DNA of 64,000 bases from positions 1,056,487-1,120,486 of the forward strand of contig NW_003526943.1 of NCBI RefSeq assembly GCF_000181795.1. The letters are read 5' to 3'. How positions within the stretch are numbered: position 1 is the stretch's first letter; each line of letters opens with the position of its first letter. Both the position numbers and the translations under genes were made by a program. This document shows, one piece after another, positions 50,483 to 64,000 of this stretch. This stretch comes from Trichinella spiralis (taxonomy: Eukaryota). Under the pieces are notes generated by a model. The model saw nothing but the letters and a program-made list of their open reading frames with translations. It ran no database searches and had not been told where the DNA came from.

Positions 50483-51475
50483 TCAAACATTTCTTAGTAT
50501 ACACGTTGTGATCAATTCAATAGCATCGTCCAAAGTCAAATTTTCCGTTTCGCTTTCCAATTCTGTGCTGGATGCATCGCTGTTGTTTTTCGCCAGTTTT
50601 CCAGAAGCGCCTGCATCTTTCACTTTACCCTTTCTACCCGACCGTCTTTCATTTGTAAATTGAAAAGCGTGTTTTTTATTATTATCACAGGGAGTCTCGC
50701 TAATAGTTCGAAGCGAAAAACTCCTATCCGAATCCCAGCCAGAAAGATCACCGCATGAAATGAAAGGAACAATTTGACGGTTCACACCTTCCAGTTTTGA
50801 GACGGCTAGGTCATAGTTAGGCTCTAACATCAAATTCACCATTGTAGGTTGATAGCCATGTGGTAGTGTCAGACCTTGACAAACTACAAATGATTCATAA
50901 CTTGAACCGCGGCTACTGCGTGGCTTGACATATTCTACTTTGTTAAAAAATATTTTCAATTGTGTGATCAACAACTCTGGGTGCTTTCCACGGAAAATCT
51001 TCGACACAAATGTGCCGCCACTTTTGAGAACCATAGTAGCAATGTTTAAAGCAGATACAAGCAATTGACCCTGAAGGAATTCGTCTAAATCATGAATACC
51101 AGTTACATCCGGCGCACCATCACAAACTACTAGATCAGCGTTGCCATTTGGCAAAAACGTTTTTATCTTTGCGACAGTATCTTTTTCTGTAATATCTGCT
51201 TGTATCATCACTACACCTTCAATTGGTGCCATTTCTTGAATATCCACGGCTACCACCACACTGCGATCCTTATGAACAGATTTATTCATTTCTTCTCGAA
51301 TAACCTGGCTCCAACTTCCAGGCGCCGCGCACAAATCTACCACTCGTCTTACGCCTTTTAGTATACCAAATTCTTCATTTATTTGTTTCAGTTTAAATGA
51401 ACTTCTCGCTCTGTAATCCTCTTCTTTCGACAAACGGTAGAACACATCTCGCTTATCCTTACTGCACTTACCCAT
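50483..51475 (-). CDS. FTSJ1: tRNA (cytidine32/guanosine34-2'-O)-methyltransferase, Trm7/FTSJ1; single exon
   Basis: MGKCSKDKRDVFYR, RARSSFKL, VDLCAAPGSWSQV, VCDGAPDVTGIHDLDEF, FVSKIFRG and KPRSSR..SYESFVVC (K-D-K-E tetrad context). Confidence 0.95.
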   Translation of the reverse strand: MGKCSKDKRDVFYRLSKEEDYRARSSFKLKQINEEFGILKGVRRVVDLCAAPGSWSQVIREEMNKSVHKDRSVVVAVDIQEMAPIEGVVMIQADITEKDTVAKIKTFLPNGNADLVVCDGAPDVTGIHDLDEFLQGQLLVSALNIATMVLKSGGTFVSKIFRGKHPELLITQLKIFFNKVEYVKPRSSRGSSYESFVVCQGLTLPHGYQPTMVNLMLEPNYDLAVSKLEGVNRQIVPFISCGDLSGWDSDRSFSLRTISETPCDNNKKHAFQFTNERRSGRKGKVKDAGASGKLAKNNSDASSTELESETENLTLDDAIELITTCILRNV

Positions 51476-54400
51476 TTCTAACTAACTAGCTAAAACAAAA
51501 GCAAACTTAGCACTACACTACTGCAATCTTAAAAATGATTTTCAGGAGTTATTTTATAGGATTTATTTATTTATTTATATTATACTGTAATTTGAAAACT
51601 AAAACTGTTTTGAAAAATCAGTCTGATAATTAAAATTATGTAATAATTAATTATTATTTTATATTTAATAGAATATTTAAAAATTTTAATCTTTATGGCA
51701 AGTGACATTATTTATTTGCTGCTGCAGGAATTGAAATCTGTTGCCTACAGCAGACAGCCAATATTATGTTCGAGAGTGTCTCGAATATTTCATTTGATGC
51801 AGTGCCAGTTACCAGTGCTGTAGTAGTAACACTTTTTTGGAATTAATAATGTATGTTAACGGTGTCTAGCAAAGTGTTAATGCTTCTATGAACATGAAGC
51901 GACATTTGTGAACATTCAAGTTACCGCGTAGAGTTGAACTACAGTCTATTCGCAGTGCAGCTATTCGTACTGCTGACAAAAAAACTATTTCAATAAAAAT
52001 ATGCGCAGAAAAAAAATTAAAAAACAAAAAAGCGATTCTTTTGCAATTAAAAATTTTGGATTTTAATTTACTAAGTGTAGTAAGTTTTATTAATAAGTTG
52101 TAATGCAATGTATACATTAGAAGTTAATTATAATGTAGTTTGATGAATTTATGATTTTTTGCACGCTTTTGCTTTTGCACATTAATCAAATTGCAGTTAT
52201 TGAACAGGATACAAAAGTACAGTCTTTCATTTTTTAATAAAACAAACAAGAATTGAACCTTGTTAGTTGCATGGAAAAAATCCAAACATGCTCTGTAAAT
52301 AATGATAATAATAATAATACACATTTCATGCTTCTAATATAATCATACGTTATAAGCAATTGATTGAATTTACAAAAATTAATATGAAATTAAAAAAAAT
52401 CAACTACAATGCAATAATTTGTAAATAACAGCAATTGCATGTATTGCTGTTGAAGATAATTGAAGATTTTTAAAGAGATTTGTTTATTGGACGATAAATT
52501 TTCATTAATGACAATTTTATGATTTATCTTCCTCAAGTGAAATGCAATTAAAGTTTGTCAAACAAAATCAGTGATGCGTGTAAATTTAACCAGAAAATGA
52601 ACACTGAATTATGTGAAATTTTGATTTCATTTAATAAATTATCATAAGTATGTTGTAGTGAATGAAAGCGAATGGAAAACTTTTTATCCATGGGGTTGAT
52701 TTTGCAAGTTCGACATCTGGTAGACATTTTTCTTATTACAATGATGCGGTTCACTGGTCAGATGTGCATAACGCATTCTCTTCTTTGTCAATGTTCAGCA
52801 AGAAATAAGTTTGCCAAACGTGTCGATGTGAATTTGATAAAAGCTTGTTCGGGCAGATCAACGAAGCTCTAATGTTGCGCAGTCGACTGGCACGGCTGAT
52901 CGATCCTTTCACAAGTGGCATTTCTTTCATTCTTTTGCGTCTACTTTTGATTGTTTATCAATTTCAAAATGGCATTCAATCGTCAAAGCGTGTTGCAATT
53001 TCTAAAATTAAAATTTTTCATTTCCTTTTAAAGTACAGCTGAAACTTCAGTTCATAAGGTAAGTTCCATCATCTGCACACACATATATAAGTATAGATAT
53101 TTGCATGCACAATCATTTATTCACTTATTTCATGTAGATATTAACAATGCATTTATTTTTGACGAATAATATTGTTTAAATTCAATCTGCTATTATCATT
53201 CAATGAAAATGGACATGATTCAATGATGAAAGTTTTCTTAACATAATTACGTTTCTATTCATTGTTTATCTTTAATTTAATAAAAACTGGAATAAAAATA
53301 ATTTAAATTTTGCTGAGTTATTGGGTTAATAAAATTTTTTAAATGAGAGATGTGTAGTTGGGAAATTTAAATTCGTTCAACTTTGCATATTTGCACAAAT
53401 CATTAAGAACAAACAATTCTTGAAGTTTGAGCTTTCCGAAATGGTCGATGTTAGAGGGCCACTTGGAGACAGACGATTGTTCATTTACCTTTTTTATTGT
53501 TTGCGTTCAAAGCAGAAAGCTCAGTTATGCTTCTTGTTTAATCAATCGTCAAGTAATAATCGATCTGCCACGCAATCGAGCAATCCTCGAAAATGTGTTT
53601 GCGTATGTTTTATTTAAAGATGTTATTTGCGCATTCATGAAAACGGAAAATGGAATTTTTTCTATCCCCAAAGATGCTCAATTATCATTTATTTCTATGC
53701 GACTGTTTTAACACATCATGAAAATAAGTAATAACTGCATTGAACGTCACTTTGAAATAAGCGGTGACTCTATTAAACAATTTTTAATTGAATAAATTCA
53801 AAGAATTTGCATTCTGCATCAATTGTGTTTCAGGAAAATTATGACAATTTGATGCTTTTGAAAAATGGTCATGAATTTCAATTAACTAATAACAAAAGAA
53901 TGAATATAACTTTTTTCACGTCTCTTAATTTCACAAATGGCAATTATTATTTCAGTAAATGAAAATGAGCAAATAATAAAAAGGGCTAAATAATGTAATT
54001 GAATGGAATTTGATAAATTCATAATTAACAGAACATTTGGAATATTTATGCATAATTAGCTATTAATTACTATAAATTGATGAGTTCCATACGAAAATAT
54101 TTTAACAAACAAAAATGTCAGAATTTTATATATTATTTTTCTATTCAAATATTGAAGTAGAATATTGCAAAAGAACATAGTTCAAAAAAATGAATGCAAA
54201 TAAGAGGATGGTTAGTTTTGCTTGTAACTTGAGTTATCATAGATGGTTTGCATAAATCGTTGACTTCAGTTTACTTGAACATATGCTTGAAATTTAATCT
54301 CTTTTCCAAGCAATGATATTAATTTTTTACACTCTCACGTGTTATTTGTATGTTTAAAGAACAGAGTTAGTTTTGCAATCAGATTTGCTCAGTGTTGTTC

Positions 54401-57400
54401 TTCAAAGCATATATTATTAATCTTTGTTGTTTTCTGTTGTTGCTGTTTTTGCGGCTGTTGTTTCTGCTTATGGATTATGATTTGTGAATGAATTGGTGGT
54501 GAAAAAAGGATTTATTGCTAAAACATTCAAATTTGACAATGTCAGCAAAAATATGAAAAGAATACGCAGCAGTTGTTATTTAGCATTAATAATTTTCAAA
54601 CGCCAACTGACGAAAACAATTTGTCAAAGTCGAGTTATGCTGCCAAAAACAACTAGCTTATTGATTTTGCAGTATGCGTCGTTTGGAAAAGCTTCTTTGA
54701 AGGCTTGTTTGTTGTCATATTCGCTTTTCGAGGTCAGCCGAGGTGTGTCTGTAGTCTGGCCTCGTCGAATCCATGTAATTGGTCGACTGTTTTGTCCACA
54801 AATAAAATGGAAGAATTAGTTTAAATTGAAAAGAGTTGTTCATGAATATGAAACAATTTTTCAATTATCCCATTGTCCATATTCCAACGCTTCTATACAT
54901 TTGCACAAAGTGGCTACCTTGAACAAAATTACAACTGTCGGAAAATTTTATTCCATCCCCCCACCCCCCACTAAAACTGGACTACTGCTAACTTGGTGGC
55001 ACGCTTTGGCGTGAAGCATCAAATTGGATTAGCAAAGACAAGAAGCAATAGCAAGCCACTGGTGATTCACTTTCGTTTAAACCATTTTTGCAAAATCTTA
55101 TTCCAGCTGTTCCTTTTCCGGAGCGTCTAGTTCAACAGAGGTCAGTGAGCATTCATTTCATTGATTTTCATTTAACATATATATATATATATTTATTTAT
55201 TTATATTAATTTCATTCATGAAAAAAAACAAATTGCATATATTTTTTAAATTTTATTTATTTATTTTATTTTAAAAATTGAAGTTTTACTTGCGCTTTTT
55301 TGAATTATTGCTTTGTTCTGTGTTTTGCTGCAAAACATGATTTATAATGTCTATGCATGTATAGTTAAATTGCATTTCGTTTCATCTTTATTTAATTGCT
55401 TTATCATGTTTGAACAACTTGTGCATTGAAGATCGATTGCATAATTCGAATTAAAAAAAGGGAGAAGAAATATTCAACCAAGTAAACAATCTTCTACCAC
55501 TGCAAAATTAGCAATAGCAATTTCAATTTTGTTCACGTTCCATTCACATACACTGCTGAAAAATTGTCTTGCTTTCTTGCATGAGTAAAATTTAAAATAA
55601 TCTCTTAAACGAAGTTAGGTAATTTTCACCGCTTAATAGTCAATAAACTAAAATATCTACATTTATATTTTATGAAGTGGCACTTATGAAGCTAGCTTTT
55701 AGCATTTATTTAAAGTTCATTGAATAAAATCAGGCCATCTTTTTAAAAATAAATTTCGTTAATAAACCAAAATTGATATACATTTTTACATTCACATCTG
55801 CTGAAGACAACTGTAAGATGAAAAAAATTTCCAGTTTGTATTGGTAAAATCTTCCCTTTTGCTATTTTTTTTAATTTAAATAGAAAATCTACATTTTCAT
55901 TATGTGAAAGATTGTTAGCATTGTAATTTGAAATATTGCTTTATCTCTGTTTAAGCAGAGTTGTTTACCATAAATTCTTCCATTCAATAAACCTTATTAA
56001 AGTCTGTAGAGTATCGAATTTTGAGTACAGAGATAATTATGGCGTATAAAATATTTATTCCCAGTATAAATAAGTAGCTGATGTAAATATCTTATGCGTT
56101 TAATTTTGAATGCTTTGAATGTTTAGAGAAACACATCAAAAACAAAATCAGACTTAAGCATTATTGGGCAATAAGTTAGACAACAAAAAATATCAAACAA
56201 TTTTTTATGTGGAATTTATTTCAAACACAATTTACATCGATTTTTCAAAATTTGTCTTGCACTGGAAGCACGAAATGACTATCCCTTTTGTGCTATTCTA
56301 GAAAATTTATAGCTTGCTGAGTTGCTCTTTTTACACTATTCACATTAAATAAACATCTGGTACATTTCACTTTCAGTCCAGCCTAGCTGTGATTGAATGA
56401 ATATCTGCTTTTGAAGCAGTACCCCTGCTGATGCATTGGTCCAAATAAAGGCACTAAAATTGATACCAATTCTCTGGCGACCTTCTTTAACGAATACATA
56501 CAACTTGATTAACAATATCGGCTTTTTAATGAGTCTTGTAAACATTAAACCGTGGATTCAGAAAATGGGTGCATTTTCACTGCTTGACCCTTAACCTGGC
56601 TACTGACCATTAGATCAGATCATGTCTTGCTGAATCGGATAGCTAGCCAGAAGGCTAATAATGAATGAATGCCGTATGCAAAGGAGTGATTGTCTGATTA
56701 ATAGCTATTGATTGAAGCTGCGGTTGGTAAAGTAACCGATCAAACATCTTTGCCATCCTTTCTAAATTTTATTCATTTCATTCTCACCAAATCAATTTAA
56801 GCATATTACACAACGGGCATGTTTCTCACATCTGTTAAAATGCTTCTATTTTGTTAAAATTATAGCCATCATTTTATGAATTTACCAATTTGTTGTGACT
56901 AAATTCAGTTGTAACTTTGTTGTCAAGATGTGAAAATCCTGTTCTTGAACCTCATCTTTCTTTATCCGATTTGTGCTTTCTGTAGTTTATACAAACAGGT
57001 GCAGCGTATGGAGAACTTCTTTTGCTACATTGAACTGACAAATTCAGTAAATTCTTGCTTTTTGTTTAAATATTATTTTTTCGATTTAAGCCTTTGGTGG
57101 TGCCCTGTTTATTTTTGCAGCAACGATGCACTGTCTAATGTTAATGTATTTAAACAAGAACATTCCTTATTATAATTTGTTATCAGAAATCAGGTGTTGT
57201 TATCTACACATGAAACCGGAATGCTTAACGCTTACATTTTGTAATCTTTTGTCACGTTATGGATGGCATTTTATTAATTATATTAAAATACTTTTGAATA
57301 ATATATAAATAAGTGAATGATTTGAATTAAAAAAATATACATGTTGACTGTACTGGTATATATTATGATTGTTAGTAATTAATATTTTAACCCTTAAAAT

Positions 57401-58801
57401 TTTTAAATATTTTGTCTTTCAGCTATAATGAAATCTTAAATATCGTTTTAAAATATTTCAAATATGATGTTAAATATTTCTTGATTTTTTTACATTGCAG
57501 TTGACAAAAATTTGAAACTCATTCAATGGGTCTATGGATGAAAGCAACTCGAGTTGATTAAATAAAAAGAATTGAATTTTGAATTTTTCTCATTGATATT
57601 CTATTTGGCAAATTTTATCCATGAAGTAAAATTTGTGCTAATTCAAGGTCACTTAATGTTACGTTTTAATTGTAACGTGGTAAAACATTATTTCTTCACT
57701 ATTATCTTTCAAAACTTTGTGCATTTTTATGTAATGCCGCAACTTCTTCGTCATAAGAATAGTCATTAAAGAAAGATTTTTATTGAAAATAATTAATTTT
57801 GAATATATTGTGAAATATTTTAAATAAATCTTTAAAGTGTTATAATTTTTACCATTTCTTGTCCATGTGTCCGATGAAAACCTACTTCACAACAGGTAGC
57901 AGACAGCCAGTTGGAAATAATTTATATAAACCCCGCAGGTGCTGGAACATTTTTGGGTCGAAATCTTTAAATTGAACTTCCATTTCTAAACAGTAAAAGA
58001 ATGAATTTTTGCTTTGTTGCTGATATTTTATCTTTGCAAAAGCAAAAGCATGAACATACAGAATAAACAAAAACTGTAAATTCACATTATATAAGAAATT
58101 ACATTATAAATTTATTTGTTAATTACATTTCATCAATGGAAAAGAAGTTTTAGTTTGTAATAAGCATTTAATAGACAGGGTAAACTTGGTGTAAGTGATA
58201 TTGGTGTGATGATTTAATTTAAGCAAGCTGATAGTGATTAGGTTTTGCAAGTGATGCACCGCATGCTCGATATGGGGCATCAGGTTTCTTATTGATTTGC
58301 TGGCGTCCCCGCTTTCAAACCTCCCGGCGACTCTGAATTCAGCCCTTGACAAGACATCTGCTCATTTTGTTTTTAACCAATGGACAAGTGTTTTTCTGCT
58401 GCTTGCAGCTGACCGGTCACCGCCCTTGAGGTTCTTGAGTAGTTCAGATCAAATGCTTCTTTTCAAATATTTCAAAAAAGCAACCGATTGATGCTTTTTT
58501 AGATACAATTTCTTTAATAATATATTTGTATACACCAATGCTTTCATTTGATTGGAGTTTTTGCCATGAGTGCAAATTTTTATTTTTACTTTTGCATAAT
58601 TTGATAAGTAGAAGAGCAATATGCAGCTTTTAATGTAGTATTTTGATGCCAAGAGTTTGTTGTAACTAGAAAAAGTTCATCAAAGAAAATATTTACTGTG
58701 ATGTTGTGAAGATTTAATCTATTGTTTATCCATGCTATAAAAGTTTTTTTGCTTTTTATAGCTCAAACTCTCTCCACTGAGCAACTATTTTTGGGTTGAA
58801 T

Positions 58802-58985
58802 ATGGCAGCTGATAACCAAAAGACAGTTAATCTTATTGGCATTAGTGGTTATGAAATTACCCTACCTTGCGGTGTGCAGCCAGATAGTCGTAATTTTGTA
58901 CTCGAATGGATCAAGCAGGGGCACGGACCCATTTATACAATGCTCAGTTTACAAGATGAACATCAGGAAGCTCCAGGATACAAGC
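58802..58985 (+). CDS. Exon encoding the first half of an Ig domain, turtle/IGSF9-like; rest of the gene not located in the window
   Basis: GYEITLPCGVQPDSRNFVLEWIKQGHGPIYTMLSLQDEHQEAPGYK has the Ig B-strand Cys and C-strand Trp; strong donor C|GTAAGT. Confidence 0.55.
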
Positions 58986-60875
58986 GTAAGTAAAAATTTC
59001 AATAAAAGTGCATTCACACAACTGTTTTACGATTTTATTTTTGATTATGCACGCGGAAAATCTTTTAATGCGTTTGTTGTAAAGTATTTGTCAAGCTATT
59101 TCCTCTTTTACACGTGATTACTTTGGGGTTGTTCAGAATTTCTACGTCAGTTTGCTGCTTCACTTTGAATTAGTGCAAACATGTTAAAATATCGTTAAGT
59201 TTTTGGTGCACGTGTTAAGAAAAAGCAAACACTGTTATTGAAAAAAAATTTTTCATTGTAATGAAACTTATTATTATTCTAAAGCTAGGAAATATTAAAG
59301 CGTTATTAAGTTTAAGATATATTTGTTTATTTTGGGCTAAAAAGAAAACAGCTTTTTTTGCGTATATTTCCAAAAACAGATGTGATTCAGTCGATTGAGA
59401 GCGCTTTAAAGAGTCCTAATTTCAGGGAAGATGATCTGAACAGGGAATAAGTCGATCACGGACTAAACAATGTTACGTCATGCTTTTAAAAAGCCAGTTT
59501 TCCAGTTGTTGACAAATTAATCGTTGTTAACGTTAAGCAGTGTATAATTCAGATTAAAGATATCTCTGGATCGGAAATCATTAATTGTACATGCTCAGTA
59601 CTGATTGATTTGGGCTATATGTATATATATCTATGTAATATTTGAATGTGGCCAAAGATGTCAAAGAAAAAGCATCGAAAACTGTAAGCAAGTGCAACTA
59701 TATAAAATTCAATTTGCAAGTTGTTCAACCATTTGGCCTGGCGTCGACGCTTAATCGAAGATTGTTTGCTAGAGGGTCACATTAAACACAGCTGATTGAT
59801 GTTGATTTGTAGTAACTTATTTAAACGGCTAAGCAACTGAAATATACTTTCAAAATATTATTTATCGATTGCAGTTTATGCATTTTCCGTTACAACAAAA
59901 AACTTCTACCATGTGTTATTTCAGTTTTCCTTGTAAAATTCAATGAAAGGCTTTTTAAATGCTTATATTTTTTTATTTGGCAAGGATATAATGATATTAG
60001 TATGTTCTAACTTAGCTAGAAATGAATCAGCTTCTTATACATTTATCTTTAATTTAATTTTTCTGTTATTAAATATTGCATCTCACATAATTATATTAAC
60101 TTTTGGTGCGGTGCTTCAATAATATGGGCTTTGTGATAAAAATAATAACGTTCATTAAAATAAGTCGTTTTTAAAATACTGTTGAAATATTGATGGCTGT
60201 AAATAAAAAAATGCTTTCTACGTATGCAACAGTTCATTACATTGTCGAAATAACTCATATATGACGAATAATATACGCATTTTGTGATTTTTGTGTGTTG
60301 TGATTTTTTAAAAAAAATTTTCACTATTGCCTATTTTAGCTAGCATTATTTTTTGATTTGAAAAAGCATATTTTTTTTCATAAATGAAATATGTAAGAAA
60401 ATCTTCTATTTTTGTTTAACTGCTTATAAGTTGCCTTTTTATTTGACTGGTTAAATAAAATGAGTGCTATACTTTGAACATTAGTGGTGAAAAGCAAACT
60501 AGGGCAGTTTTAGGATTTATGGATTAGAATAAATCATAGTAAAGCTTCCTTTTATTACAATTTTGTGGCTCAACAAAATTTCTGAACTGGACATGTTTAT
60601 GACAAAAAATTAAAGTCAACTGTTGCTGAGTTATTTCAATTTAGCTGTAAACGCTGTTTTACTCCTTGCATCTTATGACGCATTCTGAGATAATTGCTAA
60701 TCTTGGATCGATTTCCGTATTTTTAGAGACAACTGAATTCATATTTTTTGAAGGGTTTTTGTTTCTGATAATTACATTTTTTCTTATAATATCACGTCCT
60801 TTTCAACAGTGTTTTTGTTTATAATAAAAAAGAAAAACAACACAACAGTAAGAACAAAAAATATCAACTAGGCAG

Positions 60876-63706
60876 TTATTTCTCTGCGTATGTATCGAAT
60901 AACAGTGATCGGCTGGCATCGCTGTGGCCGGCCACGTTAGCGGCTAGCACAATCACTTCGTAATGGCTTTGGTAGTTCAGGCGATTGAGTGCAATCACAT
61001 TTGTTGTAGACGTTATTTTATCCCATCTGAGATGATCCTGACGATAATAAACAATGTACACTTTTGCACCGGCCACTTCATTCCACTGTACAATTGCCGA
61101 AGAAGTCGGATTTGAGGAGATCAGCTTCAAACCATCCGGTGGCGAAGGGACAGAAGCTTTTGATTCCATATAACAATCCATTACACTGCCAAAATAACTC
61201 ATACATGATGAATACATTTCAAATGTGTTTAACATATGCAACTGACCGTCGCAAAGAGATAGACAGTGATCAGGAACCCTGTGCTTTAAACAACAAGCTC
61301 CATGGTTGCTGTTGCCCAGTCCACATCGAAGCATTTTTGGCAATTCCATAGCGCAGTGTTGCATTTGATATTCAAAAGCAAAAAGACTGTTTAAGTCAAG
61401 GTTGACAGTTCGCCCACGGCACGTGCTTAAGCACTTTTCTTCAACCTTTTCTCTTAAACAGCATTCAGTAACATTTGGAGGGCTGTCTGGAATGTGAATT
61501 GTATGAGATGCTCGCAGACGCATTTCTGCAAAACCTTCGCCATGAGCAGTCCAAGCAAGGCATTTGTATTGAGCATTATCAGTTGAACGAATGTTTGCTA
61601 TTGTCAACGTGCTTGCATAGCTAATACCAAATGGTCCTTCGGCAGAAAGAAATGTATCCGTTTGAAAACGATGAGCATCATGAGCACCTTGCAATGGAAC
61701 AGGCTCAAACCGATCAGCACTATTCCAACGTCTAAACCAAGTTACTAGCGGTTTACCTAACCGCTTACCGTGAATATTAATTTTACAAACTAAAGTTTGC
61801 GTAGTGCCTTCAACGGCTTCAGTTTCTTCTTTGTAAACGTGCACCTCAGGCGCTAGACCATCAGTAGTAATGCGTAATATGTCTGAAGGTAGACTAACTG
61901 ATGCAGAATTTCTTCCTTCAGCAACCACTGACACCACGTAATCCGTATTTGGATGCAGATGTTCAATTTTAAGTAAATTTTCAACTACAACACGTTCACT
62001 TTGTAGTTCTCCAGCAAGATCTCTTACAGTTACTCGATACTGATGAACCAAATGGGGCATTCTTATTGGTGGCTTCCACATAATTTCAGCTTTTCGTTTA
62101 CCAGCATGGATAACTACTAAATCTACTGGTGGGTCAGGGTTTTGCTTATATCCAGTGGTAAAGCACTCATACATATTACGTATGTTGAAAGATAAACAGG
62201 CCACATAGGATTTATAATCTTCCCAACGGCTGAGATCGTTTGGTGCTGGGGATCCATTGCAGAGGTGCAAGCAGGTGAGGTCATCGACGCCTTTGGATTG
62301 CAATTTGCAACACAGCATGTGGTCGCGCTCATCAGCTAAACATTGTGCAATGTCAGCTAAAGATTGCGGACACTCGTTGGTCACTTCGAACACTTCGAAC
62401 TCATCCGGAGGTTTGTGGACATTGCATAATTTTTTCACGCAAAGTTCACTAACACCTTTTGAGCGGCAGCATTGGATTGTATCTGCAAATTAGAAAAATG
62501 GCACCCAATTTGTAATAACTGAGTAAAAAGTAATGTCCAGCCGTCCGGAAAGAACCGTGTTAAAAAAGCGGAGCCGTCTTTTAAACAGAAATGTCAAGTT
62601 TGGAGGCTTTGTTGATGAAAAAAATTGGGCCTTGCACTCGTTATGGTCCGTCTGCGTCTGAGCAGACTCTAATACGTCGCATTTTTTCAATGTCCAAATT
62701 TTGAAGTTTATACATAATCATTGCGTAACAGAATTCAAGAAAATTTACTAATTTTTTTACTGAATATGCACTTAAATTTCCGTCAAGAGATTATGAGGAG
62801 GTTGAGAATGTAGAACGAAGTTGCTTTATTTATTAAAGCAAGCAAAATAATAGCAAATGTGCCGATAAGTTTAACAATCAATTTTAAGCAATGTAATGCA
62901 AATGGTTATAACATGGTGATCACTGAAGAAGAAAATTTTAAGCATTCTATTCTCTAAAATACAATTACGATAAATATGCAGCTTTAAATTGGATGATTAT
63001 TTTACAGTAATGTACTTTTTAATAAAAATGAAAAAGATCTTCAAATTTCTGAATCACCCTCAAAGTATATCTTTTTAATTTCAGTACAAACCTCATCAGA
63101 TAAATAATATTTAGAAAAAATAGCATTACTTCACTTTCCAATATATTACATTTATTACTCCAGAATTGTTAAATTAAATATTCATTTAGTGTTATCATAT
63201 GTATGTGAAAATGATGCGCATGTTTTTCAGGAATAATTGATAGTAAATTGCGTTTTATGTCTCTTATCAGCACAGAATTCTGGCCTTGCCAATTTGTAAA
63301 TGAAGAAGCTACTAAGAACTTGGCCTTGATCATCAGCCTCGTTATTAAAAAGAAAACACTGTTGTTTTGTTTTAACAAATATGTCTAATACTGCAATTGT
63401 TACTTGTAAATTTTTAATTTAATTTTACTTTTTTTGCATTGTAAAGTATGTGTGATATAAAGAAAAAGTTGTTAAAAGTAAAACGAAGAAATTTTTAAAG
63501 AAAAACCAGAAGTAAAAAATTTAAGCCAGATTAAATTAAAAAAAATGCTTACCTGGAATGTGTGTAGAATTAGCAGGTAAAGCAAAGATCAAACAGTCGC
63601 AAAACACCATTGCAGCAGCTAGATATCCAAATAGAATGCGAATCAGAACACTGAGGCAGAAGTGCCCATGTCGAATGATAATAATGTTGTTTCTTATATT
63701 TGCCAT
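60876..63706 (-). CDS. Secreted Ig-like and FN3 protein with DB modules (nematode IGDB type): DB-FN3-Ig-DB-FN3; exons 63706-63553 and 62482-60876
   Basis: Cys-rich modules (IQCCRSKGVSELC, HMLCC..CLHLC, NVTECC..CLSTC, NHGACC..HCLSLC), FN3 motifs (LHPNTDYVVSVVA; LNYQSHYEVIVLAAN) and Ig motifs (LVC..W..DNAQYKC). The hydrophobic first exon splices in phase 1 (CCAG|GTAAGC to TTTGCAG|AT). The start codon could be 63706 or 63610. Confidence 0.88.
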
Positions 63707-64000
63707 TAAACAATTGTTTGTCCAGTGCACAGGTTATGCTGCCGCTGCAGCTTGCCCAATCGTGTGGCAATGATTATCTAGATGTAAAATGATTAAGACG
63801 AATATTGGTCATTGTGCCAATCACGCTTGTGAACATAGAAACAATCAGCACATTATTTGGATGCATTATTTACACTTTGGGATACGTCTGCCTCAAGGTG
63901 TCTGATCATCAGGGCCTAGCTTATGTTGCAGCTACACAGCTTTTATTTTTGCACCCAACCATAAATGACCAACCAGCAAGCGCTGGCATCTCAGTGGGCG

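Noticed and set aside
58252..58282. Small hairpin TGATGC...GCATCA
   Set aside because: Too short and bulged for a pre-miRNA; no other support.
1..64000. tRNA, rRNA, snRNA or spliced-leader RNA genes, and CRISPR arrays
   Set aside because: None recognised by eye; the sequence is eukaryotic with no repeat-spacer array. A covariance-model scan would be needed to exclude small RNAs.

Overview
AT-rich eukaryotic scaffold with many short GT-AG introns and two N gaps (24109-24684, 25379-25565). Composition and gene content suggest a nematode, most likely clade I (Trichinella-like); this is inference. Left to right: a 3-exon secreted CX3C-X31-CX3C mini-protein missed by the ORF track; a V-ATPase a subunit (unc-32-like) with two mutually exclusive exons; thiamine pyrophosphokinase, in the same order as the C. 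elegans unc-32/tpk-1 operon; GCN1 (minus strand, 5' end lost in a gap); cullin-2 (5' end lost); and a secreted lipocalin-related gene. Next is a transposon-rich island (Tigger, solo LTR, piggyBac, hAT, Gypsy) holding four intronless secreted basic-peptide genes, two of them an identical duplicate pair. After it come a 2-exon Mastermind/LAG-3-like Notch coactivator candidate, an intronless FTSJ1/Trm7, an Ig exon of a turtle/IGSF9-like gene, and an antisense DB-FN3-Ig-DB-FN3 gene. Best leads: the secreted cationic peptide cluster (antimicrobial precursors or host-nucleus effectors), the divergent Mastermind, and the conserved operon and alternative splicing at unc-32. All homology calls come from motif recognition by eye, not database searches.
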